DNA of 64,000 nucleotides. Origin: a virus. This document shows positions 17,601-26,890 of this stretch, piece by piece (position 1 is the first letter of the stretch; every line of letters starts with the position of its first letter). The notes beneath the pieces were generated by a model. It had not been told where the DNA came from. It saw only the letters and a program-made list of their open reading frames with translations, and ran no database searches. Where the stretch lies: positions 37,376 to 101,375 of IMG/VR virus record IMGVR_UViG_3300046542_000074; one strand, given 5' to 3'. The position numbers were made by a program, and so were the translations under genes.

Positions 17601-20115
17601 CCAGAAACTTGATGCCCTAGATGTTCGTATCGAAGATGCTGAAGGCGATATCATCACTCAAGCCGGTGCCATCTCTAACCTTCAAACAACAGTTACAACT
17701 CAAGGCAACACTATTACCTCTCAGGGTAATAGCATTACGGCGTTGAACAACAGCCTAATCACAACCAACACTAACGTTACAGCCGCTCAGAATGCCGCTA
17801 ACGCAGCTAACACTCTGGCTGGTGGCAAAGGTAAGGTACTTGTCCAATCCACTACTCCAGTTGCGGCTGATCAGCTTGCACAGAACTTGTGGATCGATAC
17901 AACAGGTGGTGCTAACACACCTAAACGTTGGTCTGGTAGTGCATGGCTCGCAGTAACTGATAAAGTTGCTACAGACGCAGCAGCAGCAGCTTCAAGCGCA
18001 TTGACGCAGGTAGCAACTAAGGCTGATTCCTCTGTTGTGTCTGCATTGACTGGACGTGTTACAACTGCCGAAGGTTTGATTACTTCTCAAGGCAGTGACA
18101 TTGTTGCATTGAACCAGAGCATCGGTAGTGTAGGTGGTGAAAACCTCCTGTACAACCCTTCGTTCGATAAGCCTAGTACAACTACCGGATTAGCGGATGG
18201 TTGGACATCAGGCGGAACAGCAGTTGTTGTGCCTACACTCGTAGCCTCTACCTTAGACCCTGCTGGGTTCACACAACGAGTTGATGCAACTAGCCTGAGT
18301 GCATCAGTCTATGCAGATGTGATCACCGCTGTAACTAAACGTCCAGTAGCAGTGACAGGACAGATCCATACCGTGTCTGCTTATGTTCGGGCAACGGTAG
18401 GGTGTAGTGTACGTCTTTATGTGCAGTGTGTTAACTCTGCTGGATCTGCAATTGGTACAACCAACGGAACTCTAGTTACTACAGATGGCACTTGGCAACG
18501 TATAGTTGTTACATCTAACGCAGCTCCAGCAGGTGTTGCTAAAATCTCCATTATCGCTCGTTTCTACGGAACAGCAGCAATCAATACAGGGTTTGCGGAA
18601 TGGGATCGGGCACAGCTTGAGATTTCCCCTGTAGTAACTGGTTGGAGGGATAGTGGACTTGCATTGTCGTCGGCTCAATCAGCAACCTCTACAGCACTAG
18701 ACGCTCTAACTTCTGTAGTTACAACTCAAGGCAACACTATTACTAGTGTAGGTGCTCGTACTACAACACTGGAAAACTCAGTAAACTCCCCAACTACGGG
18801 TCTGGGTTCTAAAGCCAGTGCGACCAGTGTTGACACCTTAACTAACCGTGTTACCGCCACTGAAACCGCAATCACTGCCTCTGCCCAAGATATCACCAGT
18901 CTGACAACAGAAGTTCACTTCCGTGAACTGGAAGAGTTGTATGCAGGTGACGAGACAGACGCGCAGATTGATGATAGTTTGCGCATCGCAAGTGGAGCGG
19001 CAAGTGCTACAGAAGCTCTAACATCTAAAGTGACACAAGTTGACGGTAAGGTTACAGCACAAGCAGAGCAAATTACTAACCTGACAGCTAGCCTGAGTAA
19101 TACTGATGGTGTAGTTGCAGGACAAGCCGCTGCTGTTTCTTCTTTAACTGCAACCGTTACCTCACAAGGTGACGCAATAACCAGTCAAAGTGCTTCTATC
19201 ACATCGCTTGGTAGTCGTGTTACAACTGCCGAAGGAACAATAACTGCTCAAGCTGGTGCCATCTCAACAATGGATACCAAAGTTACTGATCTTGATGGTA
19301 AAGTAACAGCTACATCCACTAAGGTTGACGGTGTATATGCTCAAGTCAACCCAACCTTGGCAGGTGAGGATGCTGGTTATGCTGGCTCTGATCAGGCGTT
19401 AGCTGGTGCATGGTCTGAACAGTCTGCACGTATTGAAGATGGTATTGCTATGGGTCAACGTGTTGATACCGTACAAGCTTCTATCGATGATGTGAGTGCT
19501 GCTGTACAAACCGAAACTCTAGCTCGCGTTAATGCTGACGGCGCACTTGCTAGTCAAGTCACTACGGTACAAGCAAGTGTCACTGTTGCTCAAAATACAG
19601 CAGACGCTGCATACAATGGTATGGTGACTAACACTGCCGCTGTTCAAACTGTCGCACAAGCACAAGTTACAGCAGACGGTAAGGCAAGTGCAATGTGGGG
19701 TGTTAAGTTGCAAGTCAACCAATGGGGTCAATATGTAGTTGCTGGTATTGGGCTAGGTATTGAAAACACTAGTGCTGGTTTGCAGAGTTCGTTGATTGTA
19801 AATGCGAACAACTTCTACATCTCTAACGGTGTGAATGCTAACGTTGCAGTTCCATTCGCTGTAGTTGGTGGTCAGACATTCATCAGTAGTGCAGTTATCC
19901 AAGATGCTTCGATTACAATGTTGAAGATTGGTGATAACCTACAATCAGATAACTACGTCGCTGGTGTATCGGGTTGGAGAATGCTGAAATCTGGCACTTT
20001 TGAAATCAATGGGAATATCGCCGGTCAAGGTCGTATGACAATGACTAACCGCTCGTTGCGAGTCTACGACGGTAACGGTGTTAAACGTGTGCAATTGGGA
20101 GATTTAACAGAATGA
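14647..20115 (+). CDS. Central tail fibre/host specificity protein J
   Basis: 1822 aa; GSKGGG start, YSNNPAW, GCTSRGQA.R.G, FN3-like repeats, long coiled coil, DUF1983-like C-terminus; TTG start behind AAGGAG. Confidence 0.93.
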   Translation: MLEYNIEGSKGGGDKPHTPVETPNNLLSVAQAKILIAVAEGTLGGTPTGKDIFLGGTPLLDANGNPNFGGVTWEWRSGTSPQTYIQGMPDVSNEMTVGVELTSTTPYVRAITKSTLSAVRVTLSWAALMQQQSNGDTTGYKIDYAIDIATNGGAYVLYSNYTVDGKTNTTYERTHRVNLPTGTNWSLRVRRITPNSQSSTIQDTMTIKSVAEVIDVKQTYPNTALLFVQFDSRLFGGTIPKISVRTKGKVIRVPDNYDPETRSYSGTWSGAFKWAYSNNPAWVFYDIVTGDRYGLGSRVTADQIDKWALYEVAQYCDVLVDDGKGAGTKEPRHTCNIYIQSKADAWTVLRDIASIFNGMTYWNGNKFVAVADKQEPLDNIPVFGRSNVVNGKFNYQTTDVRSINTSALVSYDDPNNHFNTEVEAVWEKSQILRWGGDKQTTMSAIGCTSRGQAQRMGKYNLITNMYNRTVVFKTGLQGLNEQVAPGSVIGVADPLIAGKPFTGRLASGTTTVVTLDRTTEAKAGDKLFITKSDGTTQGRTVSAVSGKVITLTTAYSEVPKIDAVWYLEASDLKSQLFRVIKITSPSESIYEITAAEYNDSKFAAIDNGARLEARPISKVPSGSQAAPASVTVSAKSYTEQTLAVTTMTVSWPQTPNATLYEGQWRVGSGDWVPLGTTGGLNFDVKGIYTGAYIARVRAINASGVMSVWKESVQTNLAGKVGAPPALTSLTVTPIVFGMQINWTFPQGAEDSARTEIMYSQTQFFADAKKLGDFAYPQASHEMNGLKAGQRFFFWGRLVDRTGNVGPYFPLTTAVGVMGESSTDFSEYEEYFKDQINNSALGQELAERIDKIEVIERTTEIIEAQLGATEASVAEVKESTDLAVSDLNRDVDLLNNDLAALQTQVDNIKDAALYDPTKTYVKGDSVRVGDRLYQAKQAVPINTSPPNTTYWLDVGQVVEEAGAVAVQVGLNTVAISNQGGILTAQGQKLDALDVRIEDAEGDIITQAGAISNLQTTVTTQGNTITSQGNSITALNNSLITTNTNVTAAQNAANAANTLAGGKGKVLVQSTTPVAADQLAQNLWIDTTGGANTPKRWSGSAWLAVTDKVATDAAAAASSALTQVATKADSSVVSALTGRVTTAEGLITSQGSDIVALNQSIGSVGGENLLYNPSFDKPSTTTGLADGWTSGGTAVVVPTLVASTLDPAGFTQRVDATSLSASVYADVITAVTKRPVAVTGQIHTVSAYVRATVGCSVRLYVQCVNSAGSAIGTTNGTLVTTDGTWQRIVVTSNAAPAGVAKISIIARFYGTAAINTGFAEWDRAQLEISPVVTGWRDSGLALSSAQSATSTALDALTSVVTTQGNTITSVGARTTTLENSVNSPTTGLGSKASATSVDTLTNRVTATETAITASAQDITSLTTEVHFRELEELYAGDETDAQIDDSLRIASGAASATEALTSKVTQVDGKVTAQAEQITNLTASLSNTDGVVAGQAAAVSSLTATVTSQGDAITSQSASITSLGSRVTTAEGTITAQAGAISTMDTKVTDLDGKVTATSTKVDGVYAQVNPTLAGEDAGYAGSDQALAGAWSEQSARIEDGIAMGQRVDTVQASIDDVSAAVQTETLARVNADGALASQVTTVQASVTVAQNTADAAYNGMVTNTAAVQTVAQAQVTADGKASAMWGVKLQVNQWGQYVVAGIGLGIENTSAGLQSSLIVNANNFYISNGVNANVAVPFAVVGGQTFISSAVIQDASITMLKIGDNLQSDNYVAGVSGWRMLKSGTFEINGNIAGQGRMTMTNRSLRVYDGNGVKRVQLGDLTE

Positions 20116-20438
20116 GTTATGGGCTAAAAACATGGAGTGATAATGGCACTCCTGAGCTTGATACAGATAATTTCACGTATCAAGTTATCCACAATGGGTT
20201 GTATCAGTTGACAGTAAACCAAGTGCTAACTATCCCCATTGCGGGGTTTAGCCCTTCAAACTGTGCTGCTGCAATTCTTCCGACACAAGCTGCTGGATTC
20301 GAAAACAGTGCAAATGCACTACCCTATGAAACGGTAAGTGAGGGTTCTGTGACTATTCGGTCGCGTAACCCTTCTGAGCCAAGTTCATCTATTGGATCAG
20401 CTATCGAGTTTAGACTTTTAGTAATGAGGTATGCATGA
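20112..20438 (+). CDS. Tail tip accessory protein
   Basis: MSYGL start; overlaps the J stop codon; typical post-J gene. Confidence 0.6.
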   Translation: MSYGLKTWSDNGTPELDTDNFTYQVIHNGLYQLTVNQVLTIPIAGFSPSNCAAAILPTQAAGFENSANALPYETVSEGSVTIRSRNPSEPSSSIGSAIEFRLLVMRYA

Positions 20439-21127
20439 GTTATGGATTAACGGCAATTAACGGTAGTAACTACGTTCAAATTGATTCGGAAACACCACGA
20501 TTGTGTTCTTTGTACAATGGGACATATCAAGCAACAAGTGATCACTATGCAAGGGTATACTTTCCAGCACCGATTACAACAAGTGAACCACCTTGCATTT
20601 TTATCCGCAATGATCCTTCCAGACCAAATGACCTTTACTATAAGATGACCTTATATGGAAGTCCCGGTAACTGGACAGGTTTTGAAGTGATGGCAGCTAA
20701 CGTAACTTTCAGACCACTTGGTAAATGGTTTGCTGCTGTATTTGCATCGGTGGCTAAGAACTCTTATGGTTTACGAATTTGGAATGCCGGTGGTGGTCTT
20801 TGTTATGACTCTGGTGCGATTCCAGTGATTGTAACTCGTGCTAATCATTCTTGGGCTTATGCTGGTAGTGCTCAACTTCCTGATTATGGTGCTCAATATT
20901 ACTGGCAGAATGGTTCAGTTGGAGCATTGGCATCTGATGAATACTTCATGATCAATCCCTTCTCTCGTGGTCTGTTACGACCTCAGAATAATGGGTGGAT
21001 TAACTTAGGGGTACGGTTCAACTACAATGAAAATAGATTGCAACTTTATTGTGTTGCACTTGGTGCTGGTCCTTGGACTGATAATGGTCAACCAGCAGCG
21101 GTATTTGCTCGACTACCCGGCACTTAA
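20435..21127 (+). CDS. Tail tip accessory protein
   Basis: MSYGL..IDS start with internal YGLRIW..YDS repeat. Confidence 0.6.
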   Translation: MSYGLTAINGSNYVQIDSETPRLCSLYNGTYQATSDHYARVYFPAPITTSEPPCIFIRNDPSRPNDLYYKMTLYGSPGNWTGFEVMAANVTFRPLGKWFAAVFASVAKNSYGLRIWNAGGGLCYDSGAIPVIVTRANHSWAYAGSAQLPDYGAQYYWQNGSVGALASDEYFMINPFSRGLLRPQNNGWINLGVRFNYNENRLQLYCVALGAGPWTDNGQPAAVFARLPGT

Positions 21128-21159
21128 TGCTTAATACACTTAATTAAGGAGAAACAGAA

Positions 21160-21888
21160 ATGGCTAAACAAACGATTAACTTGGGTACTTTACCAACTGG
21201 TGTTGGTGGTGATACACCACGAAGTGCTTTTACAAAAGCTCAGGCAAACTTTGATGAGCTTTATACTCAACTTGGTGGAACCACTTTACCCGCAGCATTA
21301 CCGGTAACAAAAGGTGGCACTGGTGGTACAACAGCAGCAACGGCTCGTACATCTCTTGGACTTGTACCACAAACATCAGCAACTGACACAACAGCAGGAG
21401 CATTGCTGACGCCGGGAGCTTTCGGTTGGGGTTTGAATGGTGGAACTCTTACAACTATTTCAGATGCTAACGGTCAACGACCATCGGGATTGTACTACAT
21501 TTTAAGTGGTTCTGGTAATGTGCCAGTCGTAGGCGATGGTCTGTTGGAGGTTAGAAACCTATCAAACGCCGTCCTATACCAAGCCCTCACTTATTGGGGT
21601 ACTGGTCGAAAGTTTGAGAGAATCTATGTTACAAACTCATGGTCTCCTTGGTTTGAAATTCTCACAACTAGGAACTTTGTAGTCTCTATTGTTCCGGGTG
21701 AGATTGGCTCGCTATCAATACTAAAGAACTTAACCGGTACTACTATTACGAGCAACAGCAACGTTGCTGGATCACAACTTAGTTACAGTGACACTGCTAA
21801 CGCTTCATGGGGTGCGCCACCGGGTAGTTGGAAATGTATGAGTGCTGTTGGTGCAAATAACGCTACTTTGTTCATGAGGGTCGCATAA
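21160..21888 (+). CDS. Side tail fibre protein
   Basis: MAKQTINLG.PTG.GGDT.R.AF.K..NF.ELY N-terminus; GGTGG..AATART.LGL; pyocin-knob-like segment. Confidence 0.8.
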   Translation: MAKQTINLGTLPTGVGGDTPRSAFTKAQANFDELYTQLGGTTLPAALPVTKGGTGGTTAATARTSLGLVPQTSATDTTAGALLTPGAFGWGLNGGTLTTISDANGQRPSGLYYILSGSGNVPVVGDGLLEVRNLSNAVLYQALTYWGTGRKFERIYVTNSWSPWFEILTTRNFVVSIVPGEIGSLSILKNLTGTTITSNSNVAGSQLSYSDTANASWGAPPGSWKCMSAVGANNATLFMRVA

Positions 21889-22412
21889 TGGAAGTTAGAA
21901 ATCTATGTTATAATAAATGTGGAACAATTGACTGTGAAATCTTACACGAAGATTTTGGTTGGATTCCCTTCACAGCCTCCCCTCATGATAATGTCGGTAA
22001 TGGTGCTGAAGTGTATGAATCAGCCATTTCTGGTGATTATGGTGACATTGAACCGTATATGGAAGTACCGCCAACTGAAGCGCAGTACAAAGCTATTATC
22101 GCTGAAAGACGATACAAGGCTGAAACGGCTGGAGTGACTGTAAATGGTGTTTCTGTTTACACTGATAGGACAACACAGAACAAACTTACGGCTACATCAG
22201 TAAGAGCACAACGTGATCCTAGTTATAAAGTTAAGTGGAAGCAGACAGACAACACATTTGTTGAGCTTACAGCGGAACAAATCATTATGATCGGTGATGT
22301 AGTTGGTGATTATGTTCAAGAATGTTACACACGCGAGTCTGAACTAATTCAAGCACTGGTAGACGGTTTGTTTACTGAAGAAATGTTAACGGAGGGATGG
22401 CCTAATGGCTAA
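21888..22412 (+). CDS. Tail fibre assembly protein (DUF4376-like)
   Basis: GWIPFTASP.D and WK..DN.FV.L.AEQI motifs. Confidence 0.75.
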   Translation: MEVRNLCYNKCGTIDCEILHEDFGWIPFTASPHDNVGNGAEVYESAISGDYGDIEPYMEVPPTEAQYKAIIAERRYKAETAGVTVNGVSVYTDRTTQNKLTATSVRAQRDPSYKVKWKQTDNTFVELTAEQIIMIGDVVGDYVQECYTRESELIQALVDGLFTEEMLTEGWPNG

Positions 22413-22983
22413 GCAAACTTATATCAACGCCACATCTGGTGGTGGTTGGGTTGATATTGTAGCAGGTGAATGCACGATTGCATCGCTCGTTATGAACGCA
22501 ACCTCTCAAGATACAATCGTGGCATTGCGGATTCTCAAGGGTGGAACAACACCATCTTTGATTATTCCTAGCAACATTCTGAAGTATAACTCACCACACA
22601 GACCAGCAGTGGGTGGTATCGCTCTTAAACCTACAGACAAGTTGCAATGCTTGTCTGAGTATTCGGTAGATTGGATCACCACTACTATCACTGGTGCAGC
22701 ATACAACACTTTGGTTGCAACATCTCCCGCTGGTAAAGCATGGGTAACTCTAGTTAGTGGTCCGGTTACTGTCCGTGCAATCTTTGCATGTGTTCCATAC
22801 GGTGGTGTTGTAGGAATTCGACTCCATAAGACAGCCTCCGATGCTGCCGTTGTCTTAGCAGAAGAGGTTACATCAGCGGGTTCTAAGCGGCTAGTTACTC
22901 CCATCGTTCTAGCTACGGGGGATTCAATTCAAGTTCAAAGTACAGAAAACGCCCAGTGGATTGCTACCGGTGTGGGTACATAA
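22405..22983 (+). CDS. Putative virion protein with two-fold internal repeat
   Basis: Two ~95 aa halves (WV.IV.G..T ... I.L...D..Q..S.....WI.T). Confidence 0.55.
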   Translation: MAKQTYINATSGGGWVDIVAGECTIASLVMNATSQDTIVALRILKGGTTPSLIIPSNILKYNSPHRPAVGGIALKPTDKLQCLSEYSVDWITTTITGAAYNTLVATSPAGKAWVTLVSGPVTVRAIFACVPYGGVVGIRLHKTASDAAVVLAEEVTSAGSKRLVTPIVLATGDSIQVQSTENAQWIATGVGT

Positions 22984-22998
22984 GTAAGGAGAAATAAT

Positions 22999-25677
22999 AT
23001 GAGTGCAATGGGTCTTGTGACCACGCTTCAGGGTGTGGACAACACTGCTAACTTGAACCTAGACTTCATTAACCAGAAGTATTCGGTTAACGGAGTTAAC
23101 AAAAACTTCAACGATATCATCACGTTCACACGTAGCAGCACAGCCACTTATTTTGGTAGTGACGGTCTACTTAAAACCGCTGATGTTAACACACCACGAT
23201 TTGAATATGACCCTGTTACCAAAGCCATGAGAGGGCTTCTGGCTGAAGAGTCACGTACAAACTTCCTAACATACAGCGAACAGATTGATAACACCACATG
23301 GACCAAAGCTGGCTGCACAATTGGCTCTAATATAGCTACGGCACCTAACGGACTTGCTTCTGCTGATAAACTCACCGAGACGGCTATCACAGGGTCACAC
23401 TATGTTGAGCAAGTTTACAACTCTACCTTCACATCAGGTGTAGTGTACTGTTTCTCTGTGTATCTAAAGGCAAGTGAAAGGACATTTGCAAGGCTCGCGT
23501 CATATTACGCGGTAGGGAGTTCTGGTGGTCTGAGTATGTGGGTGGACCTTGGAAACAAGACCGTGCAATCTACGTCTGCAAGCATCTTAGCTAGTGGTAT
23601 TGTTGATGTTGGGAACGGGTGGCTTCGCTGCTGGTTTACGGCAGCCGTCGATACTCCCGCTGAAGCCAGAGTTCTGTTCCGCATCCACACTACACTAGCT
23701 GGTCAAGTTAGTTCTTATGCTGGTGACGGTGTTTCGGGTGTATATGTTTGGGGTGCTCAACTTGAGACTGGTTTGTTTGCAACATCGTACATGCCGACAC
23801 AGCCAGTGTTCACTGGGAGAACTAGTACAGCCACTTACTTTGACAATACTGGTGTGTTGAGAACGGCTGCATCGGGTGTTGCTCGTAACGGTTTCATCTT
23901 GATTGGAGCAACATGGGTTCCACAAGGACTGGTACTAGAAACTGCTGCAACTAATATCACAACATACTCTGCATTGAATCATTCTGTCTGGACAAGAGGG
24001 ACAGGCGCTACATGGACCGATGGGCAGGTATTTGTTGATGGCACTAATACAGCAATACTAGCTACAGGGCTTACAGGTAGTTCAATTGTCTTTTCAGGTA
24101 CAACCATGTATCGTACACTTATCCCTGTGACTGCTGCTTCGACCTACACATTCAGTGTGTTTGCTAAGTTGAAGACTGCAAGCACTACAGGGCTTAGGTT
24201 GCGGGTACAGTCCAACCCGTCTGCCACTAACTTCAACGTTGATATCCCGCTGACAACAACCGACTGGACACGAGCATCTATCACTGTAACGATCCCGGCT
24301 GGAGACACGAGTGTTGTACTTCTAATGGGTACTGCTACATCACCTATCGATGTTTACCTTGGCGGTGTTCAACTGGAGTTAGGGACATATCCAACATCCT
24401 ATGTTCCGACACCAGCAACTTTTACATCTCGTTCAAGTGTAGCCACTTACCAAGATTCCGCTGGAGTATTGCAGACAGCAGCAACTAACGTGGCTCGTAG
24501 TAGTGCTTACAGTTACGACTCGACAGGCACGTTACGTCCAATCGGTCTGTTGATTGAGTCTACTGCTGCAACCAATCTTCAACCATACAGTGAGCAGTTT
24601 GAAAATGCGGTGTATACGAGGGCAGGTTCCTCGGTTGTTGCAAACTCTACAGCCGCTCCTAACGGTACAACCACTGCTGATAAACTTGTTGAGAGTACAG
24701 CGGCAGGTGCCCACTACACGGACTACACATATAATGGAACTTTTGCGACAGGGGATACATATACTTACTCGGTATTTGTGAAACCTGCTGGTCGCACGTT
24801 TGTTCGGCTCAACCTCTACTATGCAATAGGTGCGTCTGGTGGTGCTAACGCGCTATTTAATCTGACGAATAAAACAGCAACTCCGGGTGGTGTGTCGTCA
24901 ACTCAGGGTGTTGTTGACATGGGTAATGGTTGGCTGCGTTGCTGGATTTCTGGTGTTGTTGACACACCGGCTGAAACACGCCTTCTTGCAAGAACAATGA
25001 TTAGCGACGGTACTGTTGGTAGCTCGTACACTGGTGATGGTGTTTCTGGTCTGTTTCTGTGGGGCAGTCAACTTGAGGCTGGTAAAGTACCTACTAGCTA
25101 TATCCAGACAGTGGCAACAAGTGCAACTCGTGCGGCAGATGTTTCTACCAGCGTTGCTGCTACAAGAACTGCTGATACATCCACTAGCTCTACTACAACT
25201 CGTGTGAAAGATGGTGTATCTATTAATACACTAACTCCTTGGTACAACCAGTCGGCTGGTACTATCGCACTTAACTATACACCACTTGGGCCACGGAGTG
25301 GATCGGGATTCACTGCTTCGTTTTCGACCGACGCTAACAACTACTTAGGCTTCTGTTATCAGAATACTAGTCCTACTGGTGCTGTTGGTAACACTTATTG
25401 GAGGAATGGTGGTAGTGGTCTTATTTCCACTTTCGTCAACGGGAACTTCAATATCCGACACAAAGTGGTTAATGCTTGGTCAGGAACTACGCTGTCTACT
25501 TCTGCTGATGGGGCAACAACCCTGACAGGCACATCTGTTACAGCCATCCCTGCTGCGACGAAGTTTGAACTTGGTGGTAGATTGAGTGGTTATGACACTT
25601 CTAACTACTTCAGCGGCGTTCAATTCTATTCTCGTAGATTGACTGACAGTATGCTTCAAGTAATGAGTTCTTCATGA
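22999..25677 (+). CDS. Head/tail spike-fibre protein with three carbohydrate-binding-like repeats
   Basis: 892 aa, Thr-rich; three FT.R.S.ATY..GL..E..TN / G.QLE.G..TSY..T units; LamG-like C-terminus. Confidence 0.75.
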   Translation: MSAMGLVTTLQGVDNTANLNLDFINQKYSVNGVNKNFNDIITFTRSSTATYFGSDGLLKTADVNTPRFEYDPVTKAMRGLLAEESRTNFLTYSEQIDNTTWTKAGCTIGSNIATAPNGLASADKLTETAITGSHYVEQVYNSTFTSGVVYCFSVYLKASERTFARLASYYAVGSSGGLSMWVDLGNKTVQSTSASILASGIVDVGNGWLRCWFTAAVDTPAEARVLFRIHTTLAGQVSSYAGDGVSGVYVWGAQLETGLFATSYMPTQPVFTGRTSTATYFDNTGVLRTAASGVARNGFILIGATWVPQGLVLETAATNITTYSALNHSVWTRGTGATWTDGQVFVDGTNTAILATGLTGSSIVFSGTTMYRTLIPVTAASTYTFSVFAKLKTASTTGLRLRVQSNPSATNFNVDIPLTTTDWTRASITVTIPAGDTSVVLLMGTATSPIDVYLGGVQLELGTYPTSYVPTPATFTSRSSVATYQDSAGVLQTAATNVARSSAYSYDSTGTLRPIGLLIESTAATNLQPYSEQFENAVYTRAGSSVVANSTAAPNGTTTADKLVESTAAGAHYTDYTYNGTFATGDTYTYSVFVKPAGRTFVRLNLYYAIGASGGANALFNLTNKTATPGGVSSTQGVVDMGNGWLRCWISGVVDTPAETRLLARTMISDGTVGSSYTGDGVSGLFLWGSQLEAGKVPTSYIQTVATSATRAADVSTSVAATRTADTSTSSTTTRVKDGVSINTLTPWYNQSAGTIALNYTPLGPRSGSGFTASFSTDANNYLGFCYQNTSPTGAVGNTYWRNGGSGLISTFVNGNFNIRHKVVNAWSGTTLSTSADGATTLTGTSVTAIPAATKFELGGRLSGYDTSNYFSGVQFYSRRLTDSMLQVMSSS

Positions 25678-25689
25678 GGAATCTGTGAA

Positions 25690-26052
25690 ATGACAAGCGA
25701 GTTTGCAACAACACTAAAGACTGAGCAATTGGAGCGAACGAAGTTTAGGCTTCTCGCTCCGCTGCACTTCCGTGATCCAGTTGGTGACGTAATTGTACCT
25801 GCTGAGTTCACCACAGACTTCGCCAGTTTGAAAGCTGTACACAACATGTTCCTGTATCCTCTGTATGCTCTTGTGAGTGGGTATGGGAACTACGGTTCCA
25901 CTGTTCATGACTACCTTTACACCACTAAGATGGTAAGCCGTAGGGTAGCCGACAAGTATCTCTATCGTGCCTTGCGTGCAGAAGGAGTAGCTAAATGGCG
26001 CTCTTTCCTCTTCTATATCGGTGTACGTCTAGGTGGTTGGAAGCATTACTAA
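25690..26052 (+). CDS. DUF1353-family protein
   Basis: VPA.F.TD.AS, VHDYLY, AD and VRLGG motifs. Confidence 0.8.
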   Translation: MTSEFATTLKTEQLERTKFRLLAPLHFRDPVGDVIVPAEFTTDFASLKAVHNMFLYPLYALVSGYGNYGSTVHDYLYTTKMVSRRVADKYLYRALRAEGVAKWRSFLFYIGVRLGGWKHY

Positions 26053-26064
26053 AGAGGGTAAAAT

Positions 26065-26622
26065 ATGGGTGTTAGAATAACTGATTCACTTAAGAAGAAA
26101 ATACTGGTGGCCCTTGTGGCTGCTGGTATCTCTGGCCCAAGTGCTTATGTCGCCACACAACTTACTGTTCCATCAGAAGGCTTTGAGTTGGTTGTCTATG
26201 CTGATCCAGTGGGATTGCCCACCGTGTGTATTGGTCACATGGATAAGAAGCTTGTTGTCGGAACAAAGGTGACAGAAGAGTATTGTGTTCGAACATTCGT
26301 TGAGGATTGGAATAAACATGAGAAACTTCTGAATGGAGTTGTCAAGGTTGACTATAAGTCTGAGTGGATGTACGGGGCACTGACAGACTTCACATTCAAC
26401 AAAGGCATTGGTAATGTCCAATCCAGTACGCTGCTTAAGCTGTTGAATAATAAGAAATATGACCAAGCTTGTGAGCAACTGTCTCGCTGGGTCTACGCAA
26501 AGAAAAATGGAGTTGCTGTTGTACTGCCGGGGCTGGTAATTAGGGCAAGTAAACAATACTCCTACTGTATGGGTATTGAGCCTGCCGATTATAAACAAAC
26601 GATGTCTAGATATCTAGAATGA
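26065..26622 (+). CDS. SAR endolysin (GH24 lysozyme)
   Basis: Ala/Gly-rich N-terminal SAR segment; E-x8-D-x5-T triad (EGFELVVYADPVGLPT); PGL..R. Confidence 0.9.
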   Translation: MGVRITDSLKKKILVALVAAGISGPSAYVATQLTVPSEGFELVVYADPVGLPTVCIGHMDKKLVVGTKVTEEYCVRTFVEDWNKHEKLLNGVVKVDYKSEWMYGALTDFTFNKGIGNVQSSTLLKLLNNKKYDQACEQLSRWVYAKKNGVAVVLPGLVIRASKQYSYCMGIEPADYKQTMSRYLE

Positions 26623-26632
26623 GGAATGCTGA

Positions 26633-26890
26633 ATGAAAACAAAGTTAGATCGGTGGTTGAGTAAGTTCTACATTCACTTGCTGAATCACTACGCTGCCTA
26701 CTCGGTGGCTTCCAACATCTTGATTGCTGTTGCAATGTCTGGACTGGCTCTCTTGGGTGTGCTGAATAGTGTGCTTACACCATACGCATTGATTGTATGG
26801 GGTTTGATTCTTGCTGCCATGTACTCTGTTGGAAAGTGGCTTGATTCAGAAGTGGATGACGCTGATAAAATAAGGAATCGGAAATGTTGA
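26633..26890 (+). CDS. Putative holin/pinholin
   Basis: 85 aa, two hydrophobic segments, charged tail, inside the lysis cassette. Confidence 0.55.
   Translation: MKTKLDRWLSKFYIHLLNHYAAYSVASNILIAVAMSGLALLGVLNSVLTPYALIVWGLILAAMYSVGKWLDSEVDDADKIRNRKC

Noticed and set aside
17600-19700. DNA repeats in J (e.g. ACAACTCAAGGCAACACTATTAC and CGTGTTACAACTGCCGAAGG, each twice) as a DGR or CRISPR-like array
   Set aside because: They are in-frame coiled-coil repeats; no reverse transcriptase, adenine-specific variation or regular spacers.
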